Assembly (NCBI RefSeq): GCF_001194135.2 | Contig: NC_068981.1 | Location: 21,227,129 to 21,291,128, forward strand | Length of the DNA: 64,000 bases | Reading direction: 5' to 3' | Source: Octopus bimaculoides | Lineage: Eukaryota | Part shown: positions 53,590 through 64,000 of the stretch, piece after piece | Layout: each line of letters starts with the position of its first letter | How positions within the stretch are numbered: position 1 is the first letter of the stretch | Notes under the pieces: model-generated | Database searches by the model: none | Told to the model about the DNA's origin: nothing | The model's input: only the letters and a program-made list of their open reading frames with translations | Translations under genes and position numbers: made by a program

Positions 53590-54163
53590 TGACTGCATCT
53601 GCACACCGAAATTCATCCTCACATTTTTGAACAAGCCCTTAGGCTCAATTCATATGGCTATGTGAAGCTACTGGAGATTGTGGTCAAACTCTGAACGCAG
53701 AGGGTTGCTGTGGAAGGCTATATATGTGGCAGCAAGATTTCATACCTTGCTATACTTCTGAAAAGTTGTCAGTAGTTGTCAGAGAATTTCTACAACCTCA
53801 CCAGCCCCAATTTCTGGCCCTTTAAGTTCTCTGACTGTAATCCCATGGATTACTATGCGTGGAGCACAACTGAGAAAGACACCAACCACTCTGCCTACAA
53901 CATCAAGGCAGAACTGGTGACCAAAATCAATAAGGTGTTTGATAATCTTCTAAGGGACACAGCAAGGAATGAATGCATCCAGTTCTAGAGCTATCTTGAG
54001 GCTGTGGTGGAAGCTGAGGGTGACTACCTTGAGTAAATGGCTATCTGCTAGCAATAATCTAGTTGATATTCTTTGATTTTTTAAAAAATACTTTTATTTT
54101 TGAATGGAATATAGTGCTTTCTTTTCCTCTTATGTAAACTGTCAAATTTAGTTTGAACGTCCT
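53590..54163 (+). mobile_element. Second, more decayed DD37D/maT-type transposase 3' fragment
   Basis: Homologous to 2024-2570: WQQD, NFWPFKFSDCNPMDYYAW, TNHSAYNIKAEL, with a similar 3' end. Confidence 0.75.
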
Positions 54164-54624
54164 ATATATGTATGCATGTATGTATGTATGTATGTATGTA
54201 TGTATGTATGTATGTATGTATGTATGTCATTATTCAGTTTATTTTAAGATTTCTTGCCAATAGAGAAAGAACCGGTTTCTAACCTAGATCCAAGGCTCCT
54301 TCGTTAGAATTTGAACATCAACAACAGGGTATTTTTGTTTGTATGTGCGTTTGTCTGTCTGTCTGTCTGTATGTATGTGTGTGTGTATGTATGTATGTAT
54401 GTATGTATGTATGTATATGTATGTGTGTATATGTGTGTCCTTGTGTGTATGTATGTATGTGTATGTATGTATGTATGTATATGTGTGTCCTTTTCAGTCA
54501 GTGTTGGTTTGTTTAGGTCCCTGTAACTTAGTGGTTTGGTAAAAAGAGACTAAGAGAATAAGTGACAGACTTAAAAGCTGCTGGTCAAAGACTTAAACTA
54601 ATAAAAGATAAGATATATATGTGT

Positions 54625-54856
54625 TATTTCTTTACTACCCACAAGGGGCTACACACAGAGGGGACAAACAAAGACAGACAAACGGATTAAGTCGATTATA
54701 TCGACGCCAGTGCGTAACTGGTACTTATTTAATCGACCCCGAAAGGATGAAAGGCAAAGTCGACCTCGGCGGAATTTGAACTCAGAACGTAGCAGCAGAC
54801 GAAATACTGGTAAGCATTTCGCCCAGCATGCTAACGTTTCTGCCAGCTCGCCACCT
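54625..54856 (-). mobile_element. Young family C SINE with TSD
   Basis: Intact CpG-rich head (gtcgacctcggcggaatttgaactcagaacg); duplicated flank agatatatatgtgt at 54611-54624 and 54859-54872. Confidence 0.9.
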
Positions 54857-55001
54857 TAAGATATATATGTGTGTGTGTGTGTGACTGTGTGTATGTTTAC
54901 GTACACACAAACACATGCATGCACATGCACACACACACACACACAAGCATATATGCATATATACATACATATATATGTATATATTTATGTATATGTACGT
55001 A

Positions 55002-55057
<56 letters not shown>

Positions 55058-56039
55058 TATATTTATACATAGATATTTATATATANNNNNNNNNNNNNNN
55101 NNNNNNNNNNNNNNNNNNNNNNNNNNNNNNNNNNNNNNNNNNNNNNNNNNNNNNNNNNNNNNNNNNNNNNNNNNNNNNNNNNNNNNNNNNNNNNNNNNNN
55201 NNNNNNNNNNNNNNNNNNNNNNNNNNNNNNNNNNNNNNNNNNNNNNNNNNNNNNNNNNNNNNNNNNNNNNNNNNNNNNNNNNNNNNNNNNNNNNNNNNNN
55301 NNNNNNNNNNNNNNNNNNNNNNNNNNNNNNNNNNNNNNNNNNNNNNNNNNNNNNNNNNNNNNNNNNNNNNNNNNNNNNNNNNNNNNNNNNNNNNNNNNNN
55401 NNNNNNNNNNNNNNNNNNNNNNNNNNNNNNNNNNNNNNNNNNNNNNNNNNNNNNNNNNNNNNNNNNNNNNNNNNNNNNNNNNNNNNNNNNNNNNNNNNNN
55501 NNNNNNNNNNNNNNNNNNNNNNNNNNNNNNNNNNNNNNNNNNNNNNNNNNNNNNNNNNNNNNNNNNNNNNNNNNNNNNNNNNNNNNNNNNNNNNNNNNNN
55601 NNNNNNNNNNNNNNNNNNNNNNNNNNNNNNNNNNNNNNNNNNNNNNNNNNNNNNNNNNNNNNNNNNNNNNNNNNNNNNNNNNNNNNNNNNNNNNNNNNNN
55701 NNNNNNNNNNNNNNNNNNNNNNNNNNNNNNNNNNNNNNNNNNNNNNNNNNNNNNNNNNNNNNNNNNNNNNNNNNNNNNNNNNNNNNNNNNNNNNNNNNNN
55801 NNNNNNNNNNNNNNNNNNNNNNNNNNNNNNNNNNNNNNNNNNNNNNNNNNNNNNNNNNNNNNNNNNNNNNNNNNNNNNNNNNNNNNNNNNNNNNNNNNNN
55901 NNNNNNNNNNNNNNNNNNNNNNNNNNNNNNNNNNNNNNNNNNNNNNNNNNNNNNNNNNNNNNNNNNNNNNNNNNNNNNNNNNNNNNNNNATATATATATA
56001 TATATATATATATACACAAACATACATGCACACGAACAT

Positions 56040-56362
56040 ACCCCTTGTCATTCATGCTAAGGAAGTCTGAAGGATATCTCACTGGTTCACAAAGAAGCAG
56101 AAATACCAAAATTACACACTGTTTCTTTGTGGATGACTTGAAACTATGCAAAGAATATGCATGAGATGAAAAAGAGCCTTGACCTAGTTACAACAGTCTC
56201 AAAGGATTTAGGGTTGGAGTTTGGTCAGGATAAATGTTATATGGTTGTGAAATGAAGAAAAACTGTAAATCAGACTAGCGACATCTCCATCAATGATTTG
56301 ACTGTTTCCCCTGTATCTAATGAGGAATGTTACAGGTATCTAGGGGTGGATGAAAACATATC
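56040..56362 (+). mobile_element. Reverse transcriptase fragment of an RLE-type LINE
   Basis: ITHCFFVDDLKL...KDLGLEFGQDKC...YRYLGVDEN (RT domains 5-7). Confidence 0.8.
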
Positions 56363-56612
56363 TGTCAGTAGTTGTCAGAGAATTTCTACAACCTCACCAG
56401 CCCCAACCTCACCTGTAACAAAACGCATGTCACTAAACCACTGCCAAACCACTGAGTTACGAGGAGGTAAATAAAGGAACACCAATTGTTGAGTGGTTGC
56501 TGGCCAGACAAATACAGGCTCAGATGCATACACACACATACATAGATATACAATGGGCTTTGACACAGTTTCTGTCTAGTAAATTCATTCATGAAGATTG
56601 GTCAACTTGAAG

Positions 56613-57100
56613 CAGTGGTTCTCAACCATTTAAAAAATTATTTATGAGCCCTTTTGATTACAGCGTTATTCTGTTGAACCCTAACAGCCATTCAGTGTTT
56701 AAAAACTAATGTTATATATACTGCTTTCAAAATTCCTATTTTATTTTTCGCACATTAACTTGTGTAGGTTCAATGATGTAAAAAAAAATAACCTAGCTTG
56801 TTTCTAGCAATAAATACATCACCGTCGTCATTTACCATTCATCCTCCATGTTGACATGGATTGGACAGTGTGACAGGAGCTGACCAGGCAGAAGACTGCA
56901 CCAGACGTCTGTGTCTGTTTTGGCATGATTTTTTACAGCTGGATGCCCTTCCTAACATCAAGCACCTCACAGAGTAAAATTTTTTCATGGGTCCTTAATA
57001 TACTGCTGTGGATCTTCAATTTACTATTTTGTTTGTGTGAACGTCCCAATATCTTATATGAACCCCCAGAGGTCATATAGACCCCACTTGAGAACTACTG
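56613..57100. mobile_element. hAT-type MITE inside a family A SINE, itself interrupted by a family B copy (about 56820-56975)
   Basis: TIRs cagtggttctcaac and ttgagaactactg; the SINE A head resumes at ctatagtagaagacact (57101). Confidence 0.7.
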
Positions 57101-57761
57101 CTATAGTAGAAGACACTTTCCCATGGTGCTATGCAATAAGACTAATTCTGAAACTACATGGTTGCAAGCAAGTTTCTTAACCTCACAGCCTGTGTAATCC
57201 ATATATTACTTTATAAGTGAAACAAGAAAATGAAATTCCAAGATACCCTTTGCTGAAACACTAATGATTATTGGGAACAGCTTTGCTCCTGTGTGTCAGA
57301 GTGTTTGAAAAATATAGCAAAATATCTTAGTGTGAAGCCGCAGATGAATATGAAGTCAGCCATGTTTATCAGTTAGTAACCTAACCAGATTATACAACAA
57401 AAATAGAAGTTAATTAAGATAACACAGAATGAAGAACAGACATACGATGTGGAAGTTGTGATATTCAGCCAGAGATATAACTATAGTGAAGCCAACAGTA
57501 TTGGCAATATCAAAGCCAAAACTGTGATTAGATTGACACAGTGGACTAGAATTATTATTACTAGTGGAATATTTAGCAAGGTTTGCAGTGTTAAATGTAA
57601 TTTGAAATCATTAAAACTAAATTGCATGAATATTAGAAAATAATATTTCAAAAAACAAAAACAAGCTTAAAAACCTAAAGACAGAATAAGCAACAAAATC
57701 TGTAATTCATCCAATCTGAATCTCTAGTGGTAGTTTATTAGTACCACCCGCTATACATGTC

Positions 57762-57806
<45 letters not shown>

Positions 57807-57934
57807 TATGTGTGTGTATGCATATGCATGTGTAATTTTTTTGTATATATATGTGTGTTTGTATATATATGTATGTATGTATATATACATATATATAGTA
57901 TGTACATACACATATATACATGTATGTGTATATG

Positions 57935-57965
<31 letters not shown>

Positions 57966-57979
57966 ATATNNNNNNNNNN

Positions 57980-58018
<39 letters not shown>

Positions 58019-58103
58019 AGTGTATATATGTGTGTGTGTGTGTGCGTATGTATGTGTGTGTGTACGTACGTATGTATAAGTATGCATGTATGTGTATGTT
58101 TGT

Positions 58104-58140
<37 letters not shown>

Positions 58141-58150
58141 NNNNNNNNNN

Positions 58151-58194
<44 letters not shown>

Positions 58195-58680
58195 ATCCGT
58201 ATGTATACAAGACTTAACTTTCAAAATCAACACTATCTGAAGAATTTACAGATGTTCTTGTGATCTATTTTAAAACTAAGTACTAAAGAAGCTGGTTGGT
58301 TGGTGGGTGCTGATATTTGGTCCCTATCAAAGTAGATAATCATTGAGAAGATGTGGTTGGTGTTATTATGATTGTTAGATGAAGGAATAACAAGGAAGAG
58401 GTCTATAAAGAACTTGTATAAGATGAAGATTATTCCATTGGTGGGAGTGGTGATAAAAATGGTGATAGTAGTGGTGGCGTTTGTGCTGGTGGGCGTTATT
58501 AAAGATTAGTGTGTAGAAGACACTGGAGATTTGTGTGCTGGGGGTGATTAGAGTTTAATGTGAAGGGGTCATTAAGGATTAATATGAAGCGGGTTAGGGA
58601 AATCATTAGGGTTAAGCAATTTATATAACTATTGCATGTCTGTGTATATAAGTGGTTAATCATTTGCATATAATAACATT

Positions 58681-58772
<92 letters not shown>

Positions 58773-59307
58773 ATAAATATATCTAAATAACAGGTGTGAC
58801 ATGTGGTAAGAAGTTTGCTTCCAGACCACATGGTCTTGGGTCCACTTCCACTGTGTGGTATCTTGGGCAACTGTCTTTTACTATAGCCCCAGGCTGATCA
58901 AAACCTTGCAAGTGAATTTGATAGATACAAACTGTGTGGAACGTGTCATATACACACACACACATACATACATACATATATATATATTGATAGATAGATA
59001 GATAAACATCCATCCACCCATCCATCCATCCATCCATCTATCCATACATACATACATACAACTCAATTTCAAGTAGAATGTCATCGATGAGCTGCACGCA
59101 TATGGCTTTTGAGGCCTGCCAGAGACTTGCATGCTTTTTAACAATTAGTGCAAGAAAACTTGGACAAACTACGGAACAAAACACAAAACCGATCAAAGGC
59201 TGGAGGAACTAAAGAGAGTCAACAGCCATCCAATAATGTGCATATATGTATGTATATATACACAGACATGCAGGAAGTAAATAGACACCTTTAATTTTCA
59301 GAACCTT

Positions 59308-59688
59308 TTATTTGATATTAATTGGTTGAAGGACAGGTTTTCTTCTAGCTGCTTGTCCATAATACTCAAGCTTATGCAGATATGTAACACATGTTCTTGG
59401 ACTAATTTCTAGCTGTTTTGCAATGTCAGAGGCCTTTGAATGGGGTTCATTTCCCACAATTCTCTTCAAACAGCAGAGCTTCCTTTCCGAGGGCCCAGGT
59501 CGGCCAGGACAAGAATCTGTTGATTCTTTTCCTTGGCTTTTGAATTGTACTATAATTCTATTAACAGTAGCAAGAGGAATTTGAAGATTTTCAGTAATTT
59601 TTCATTAGCTAAGACTAGCCTCAGATTGCCCAACAATATGACCTCTTTGAAAATCTGACAGTTCTGCTGAATTTTTTGTTTGTGGCAT
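59308..59688 (-). pseudogene. Tc1-like transposase N-terminal pseudo-ORF (internal stops; not in the ORF track)
   Basis: [44 protein letters not shown]...GRPGPSER...[12 protein letters not shown]. Confidence 0.8.
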
Positions 59689-59954
59689 GGTTACTCTTCA
59701 CAAATGTTTAATATAATGGCACCTGAAATGAAAAAGAATAATTACATTGTAAATTCTACACTTCTGAAAACATATTAAGACGCTCAGATCAGAAATTTTG
59801 CAAATTAAAGGTGTCTTTTTACTTCCTGCCTGTCTGTGTGTATTCTAGGCAAGTATGTGCAGAGACATAGAAATACTTGGGTTGGTGTCTGATGATGCAG
59901 TAAACCCACTGGAAATTAGGGACCCCTGATATTTATCAAGGCATCCCTCTAGGA

Positions 59955-60142
59955 CAGTTGTTCCCGACCTTTGTTATGCCCTGCATCCCTGAAAACTTTT
60001 AATATGTTCTTGCATCCCTTAAAGTAATAATTTATATAAGAATAAAGGTGCCCAGGGTAATTGCACTCTTTGACCCCCTATAAATCCAGCCCTGCTTGTA
60101 TCCCCTGGAATGCTAACTCGCACCTCTGATTGGGAAACTCTG
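59955..60142. mobile_element. Possible small hAT-type MITE
   Basis: Ends cagttgttcccgacct and gattgggaaactctg are weak TIRs. Confidence 0.4.
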
Positions 60143-60353
60143 CACTAAGAGAAGGATGACTCATATAAAACCTGCTGCTCTTCTAGGCTGGATATCTTGC
60201 ACTTTGCTTGTCTCTTTGCTTCTTGGCTTTGCTGGTGAGAGTCATTATGGTGTTGTGCAAGCTGCACTTGACTTAGAACTTTTGCACAGGTATTGCTGAC
60301 ATGTCAGTGATGGTCATGCTCGTCTAACGAGTTGACAACCATCATATGTAGAT

Positions 60354-60587
60354 AGTCTGTCATACCGGCCATGATGAAATACCACAAGGTATAGAAAATA
60401 CGTATTCGCCTTTATATATTTAATCCTTTATATTGAACACTCAATATTTCATCTATTCAATAAGACATATTCCATATATTCAATAAGACATTCAATACTT
60501 TATTTCATTGTACCATCCATTTTTATTTTATATTATATATTGTATATTATATTATATATTGTATATTCCATATTCTATATCCCACAT
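60354..60587. repeat. Unclassified young AT-rich interspersed repeat (copy 2, interrupted by a LINE)
   Basis: agtctgtcataccggccatgatgaaataccacaaggtatag...cccacat, as at 9551-9765; resumes at 61686 with gttggaactcttttaaa. Confidence 0.85.
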
Positions 60588-61685
60588 TGGTTTTGCAAGA
60601 GTCAACCTAGCTAAAACCAAAATCCTAATAAGTAGGAAGGTAGATAAAACACAAACCCCTTCAGTATGTAGAAAAGGAGTAGGTAGTAACTCNNNNNNNN
60701 NNNNNNNNNNNNNNNNNNNNNNNNNNNNNNNNNNNNNNNNNNNNNNNNNNNNNNNNNNNNNNNNNNNNNNNNNNNNNNNNNNNNNNNNNNNNNNNNNNNN
60801 NNNNNNNNNNNNNNNNNNNNNNNNNNNNNNNNNNNNNNNNNNNNNNNNNNNNNNNNNNNNNNNNNNNNNNNNNNNNNNNNNNNNNNNNNNNNNNNNNNNN
60901 NNNNNNNNNNNNNNNNNNNNNNNNNNNNNNNNNNNNNNNNNNNNNNNNNNNNNNNNNNNNNNNNNNNNNNNNNNNNNNNNNNNNNNNNNNNNNNNNNNNN
61001 NNNNNNNNNNNNNNNNNNNNNNNNNNNNNNNNNNNNNNNNNNNNNNNNNNNNNNNNNNNNNNNNNNNNNNNNNNNNNNNNNNNNNNNNNNNNNNNNNNNN
61101 NNNNNNNNNNNNNNNNNNNNNNNNNNNNNNNNNNNNNNNNNNNNNNNNNNNNNNNNNNNNNNNNNNNNNNNNNNNNNNNNNNNNNNNNNNNNNNNNNNNN
61201 NNNNNNNNNNNNNNNNNNNNNNNNNNNNNNNNNNNNNNNNNNNNNNNNNNNNNNNNNNNNNNNNNNNNNNNNNNNNNNNNNNNNNNNNNNNNNNNNNNNN
61301 NNNNNNNNNNNNNNNNNNNNNNNNNNNNNNNNNNNNNNNNNNNNNNNNNNNNNNNNNNNNNNNNNNNNNNNNNNNNNNNNNNNNNNNNNNNNNNNNNNNN
61401 NNNNNNNNNNNNNNNNNNNNNNNNNNNNNNNNNNNNNNNNNNNNNNNNNNNNNNGAGACCTTTGGAAATGTGCTGTGCGTGAGAAGACCCGGCAAGCCAA
61501 GTAAGATCGTTGCCAGTGCCCCTGGACTGGCTCTTGTGCGGGTGGCACATAAGATGCACCATTTTGAGCGTGGCTGTTGCCAGTACCGCCTGACTGGCTC
61601 CCGTAGGATTTTCGAGCGAGATCGTTGCCAGTGCCCCTGGACTGGCTTATGCGGGTGGCACATAAAAGACACCATTTCGAGCAGT
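60588..61685 (+). mobile_element. 5'-truncated RTE-like LINE 3' portion (gap inside)
   Basis: RVNLAKTKILISRK...CRKGVGSN before the gap and DLWKCAVREKTRQAK* after it, followed by tandem 3' UTR units gttgccagtgcccctggactggct. Confidence 0.7.
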
Positions 61686-61844
61686 GTTGGAACTCTTTTA
61701 AACAAAATAATATATTCCTCTATACACAATCATACAAAACCCCTTTTTTTGTATTTATTTTTACTCGCATATATATGTATCTATGTATATATGTATGTTT
61801 GTGTGTGTGTATTTGTGGAGAGGGGGGCGAGTGAGGGAGAGGTG

Positions 61845-62006
61845 CAGGCGTAGCTGTGTGGTTAAGAAGTTTACTTTCCAACTTTGTGGTTTTAGGTTCA
61901 GTCCCACTGTGTAGCACCTTGGGGCATAGTAGAAGACACTTGCCCATGATATCATGCAGTGGGGTGGAACTCAAAACCATGTGGTTAGCAAGTAAACTTC
62001 TTAACT
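61845..62006. mobile_element. Two family A SINE heads fused tail-to-tail
   Basis: Plus-strand head 61845-61925 immediately followed by a minus-strand head 61927-62006; terminal gttaagaagtttact/agtaaacttcttaac is a perfect 15-bp match. Confidence 0.8.
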
Positions 62007-62297
62007 ATATATATTGCTATGAAGGGGAGAATAAAGTTCTTACTACTGTGACAGTAAGCTATACAATATTATTATAGTTTGGCAGGTAATTGTCTGCAGT
62101 AAATGGAAGAAATAATCTGATAAATATAATTTAAAATGATACTACTCGAAATACTGTTCTCTAGTCCTACAAAAGAAAATGAATAAAAGATTCATAATTA
62201 ATTCTAATGAGAAATAATGTTTATTGATCACGTGACTGACTTAAAGTATACTGCATGTTTTTTTTTGGTGCACTTTTATTGTGAGGTTAACTATATT

Positions 62298-62481
62298 CTT
62301 TTCTACTCTAGGCACAAGGCCCAAAACTTTGACGGGTGGCAGTCGATTAGATTGATCCCAGTATGCAACTGGTACTTAATTTATTGACCCCAAAAGGATG
62401 AAAGGCAAAGTCAACCTAGGCAGGATTTGAACTCAGAATGTGAAGACGGATAAAATGCCACAAAGCATTTTGCCCAAGGTG
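62298..62481 (-). mobile_element. 5'-truncated family C SINE with 9-bp TSD
   Basis: TSD aactatatt at 62289-62297 and 62482-62490. Confidence 0.8.
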
Positions 62482-62691
62482 AACTATATTAACTGGTGAG
62501 TAAATGCATAGTGGTCAGTTAACCAGGTAGTGTGAAATCGGGTGACGAAGAATTACATTACACAAGACAGCCAGACATGTTCAGTTACTTCTTCCTCACT
62601 GGGCCAAGTTGGCTTTCTGGTCTATGGTTTTCCAGCTGCTGATTGGCTGTTGGAACTGTGTTGATGTCAGTAAGCTGAGTTTTGCAACATT

Positions 62692-62750
62692 TGGTGTCAG
62701 AAGTGGGATTCGAACCCACGCTGGAAAAACCCAACTGCAACTGAAAGCAT
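62692..62750 (-). pseudogene. 3' fragment of tRNA-Leu (probably CAG) ending in encoded CCA
   Basis: Minus strand tgctttCAGttgcag-t-tgggtttttcca-gc-gtgggTTCGAATcccac-ttctgac-a-CCA: intact T arm, long variable arm and acceptor 3' strand; D arm and 5' strand absent. Confidence 0.8.
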
Positions 62751-63112
62751 ATATATATATATATAGGTATATATATATATATNNNNNNNNNNNNNNNNNN
62801 NNNNNNNNNNNNNNNNNNNNNNNNNNNNNNNNNNNNNNNNNNNNNNNNNNNNNNNNNNNNNNNNNNNNNNNNNNNNNNNNNNNNNNNNNNNNNNNNNNNN
62901 NNNNNNNNNNNNNNNNNNNNNNNNNNNNNNNNNNNNNNNNNNNNNNNNNNNNNNNNNNNNNNNNNNNNNNNNNNNNNNNNNNNNNNNNNNNNNNNNNNNN
63001 NNNNNNNNNNNNNNNNNNNNNNNNNNNNNNNNNNNNNNNNNNNNNNNNNNNNNNNNNNNNNNNNNNNNNNNNNNNNNNNNNNNNNNNNNNATATATATAT
63101 ATATACATATAT

Positions 63113-63277
63113 ACGACAGGCTTCTTTCAGTTTCCGTCTACCAAATCCACTCACAAGGCTTTGGTCGGCCCGAGGCTATAGTAAAAGACGCTTGGCCAAG
63201 GTGCCATGCAGTGGGACTGAACCCAGAACCATGTGGTTGGTAAGCAAGCTACTTACCACACAGCCACTCCTGCGCCT
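63113..63277 (-). mobile_element. Family A SINE 5' half (little diverged)
   Basis: Reverse complement of the 48353-48515 head; cut by a gap. Confidence 0.85.
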
Positions 63278-63456
63278 ATATATATATTAACACTTTATAT
63301 GAAGTACGGATGTTTCATGAGACTGGCATGCATCAATTGCACAAATATTTATATATAGTTCAAAAGATGTGCAATTGATGTCTGCCAACCTCATAAAACA
63401 GCTGTACTTTATATAAAGCATTAATACCAACTAATTTCTGTATGTTTTTCATATAT

Positions 63457-63700
63457 CATCATCATCATCATCATTGTCGTCATCATCATTTATCATTTAT
63501 TTTCTATGCTGGTATGGGTTGGATGGTTTGACAAGAGTTTGCAAGCCACAAGACTGTACTAAACTCCATTGTCAGCTTTGGGATGGTTTCTATGGTTGAA
63601 TGTTCTTCCTAATGCCAACCACTTTACAGAGTAGACTTGGTACTTTTTACATGCTATGAGCACCACAAGTGAGGCCTCCAAGTAACTTGCAAGACAAAAA
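63457..63700 (-). mobile_element. Family B copy
   Basis: (CAT)n, tatgctggtatgggttggatggtttgac...ttcctaatgccaaccactttac. Confidence 0.75.
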
Positions 63701-64000
63701 GCCCCTTGATTGGAAAGGGGAGTGGTACTGAGGTAGGTGGTTTTGTGTAAGTTGATCAGATGTTAAAAAGTGAAATGGAGGGCTAGAGATAGATGTCTTG
63801 CTGTAGGGGAGATTATGTGGCTATCCTTGTTGGAAAAGAGAAAGATATAAGGAGAAATAGTGGTGGAGATGTGTTGGGACGTAGCCTCAAGGTACAGTAG
63901 GAGTGAATATAAATGATGGTGAAATATAGGAATGCCTAGGTTGATAGTTATGGTAGATATGTGAGGGCATTGGTATATATATATATATATATATATATAT

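Noticed and set aside
58590-58615. Two TTAGGG hexamers
   Set aside because: Not tandem; expected by chance in a GT-skewed tract.
50500-59688. Tc1 N-terminal (59308-59688) and C-terminal (50500-50960) pieces as one split element
   Set aside because: Same strand and order, but 8.4 kb apart with no matching TIR pair identified; cannot be supported.
59885-59920. ctgatga-tgcagtaaacccactg-gaaat
   Set aside because: GAAAT is not followed by a stem III/UH site or stem I; likely chance.
61504-61682. Direct repeats with short variable spacers resembling a CRISPR array
   Set aside because: Only 2-3 imperfect units inside a LINE 3' UTR in animal DNA; no cas genes.

Overview
AT-rich, microsatellite-dense animal genomic DNA from a gapped short-read assembly (about 18 N-runs, most flanked by (TA)n/(CA)n). 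The SINE repertoire and repeat landscape point to a coleoid cephalopod such as Octopus (inference). One host gene is recognisable, on the minus strand: the 5' end of the G-protein alpha-o subunit gene (GNAO1 orthologue). Coding exon 1 is 21122-21005 ([40 protein letters not shown]) and exon 2 is 20604-20562 (AGESGKSTIVKQMK; missed by the ORF track). They are separated by a 400-nt intron and followed by an intron of at least 20.5 kb; no exon 3 was found. A candidate promoter (Inr plus a palindromic CRE) lies near 24.03-24.09 kb in a CpG-richer zone almost free of transposons. The rest is decayed mobile DNA: several tRNA-headed SINE families, RTE-, CR1- and RLE-type LINE fragments, Tc1, DD37D/maT, hAT, Tigger-like and foldback MITEs, and a Helitron fragment. 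The most notable unexplained signals are: several minimal type-I hammerhead-ribozyme-like motifs with palindromic stem III (best at 4731-4827 and 6705-6785), probably from Penelope-like elements; a long hairpin overlapping a splice-donor-like site upstream of the Galpha-o ATG; a perfect 111-bp-arm palindrome beside a gap; a CCA-bearing tRNA-Leu 3' fragment; and a 44-nt locally templated insertion. Almost all other ORF-track entries are microsatellite or N-gap artefacts. All alignments and folds were done by eye; no database searches were run.
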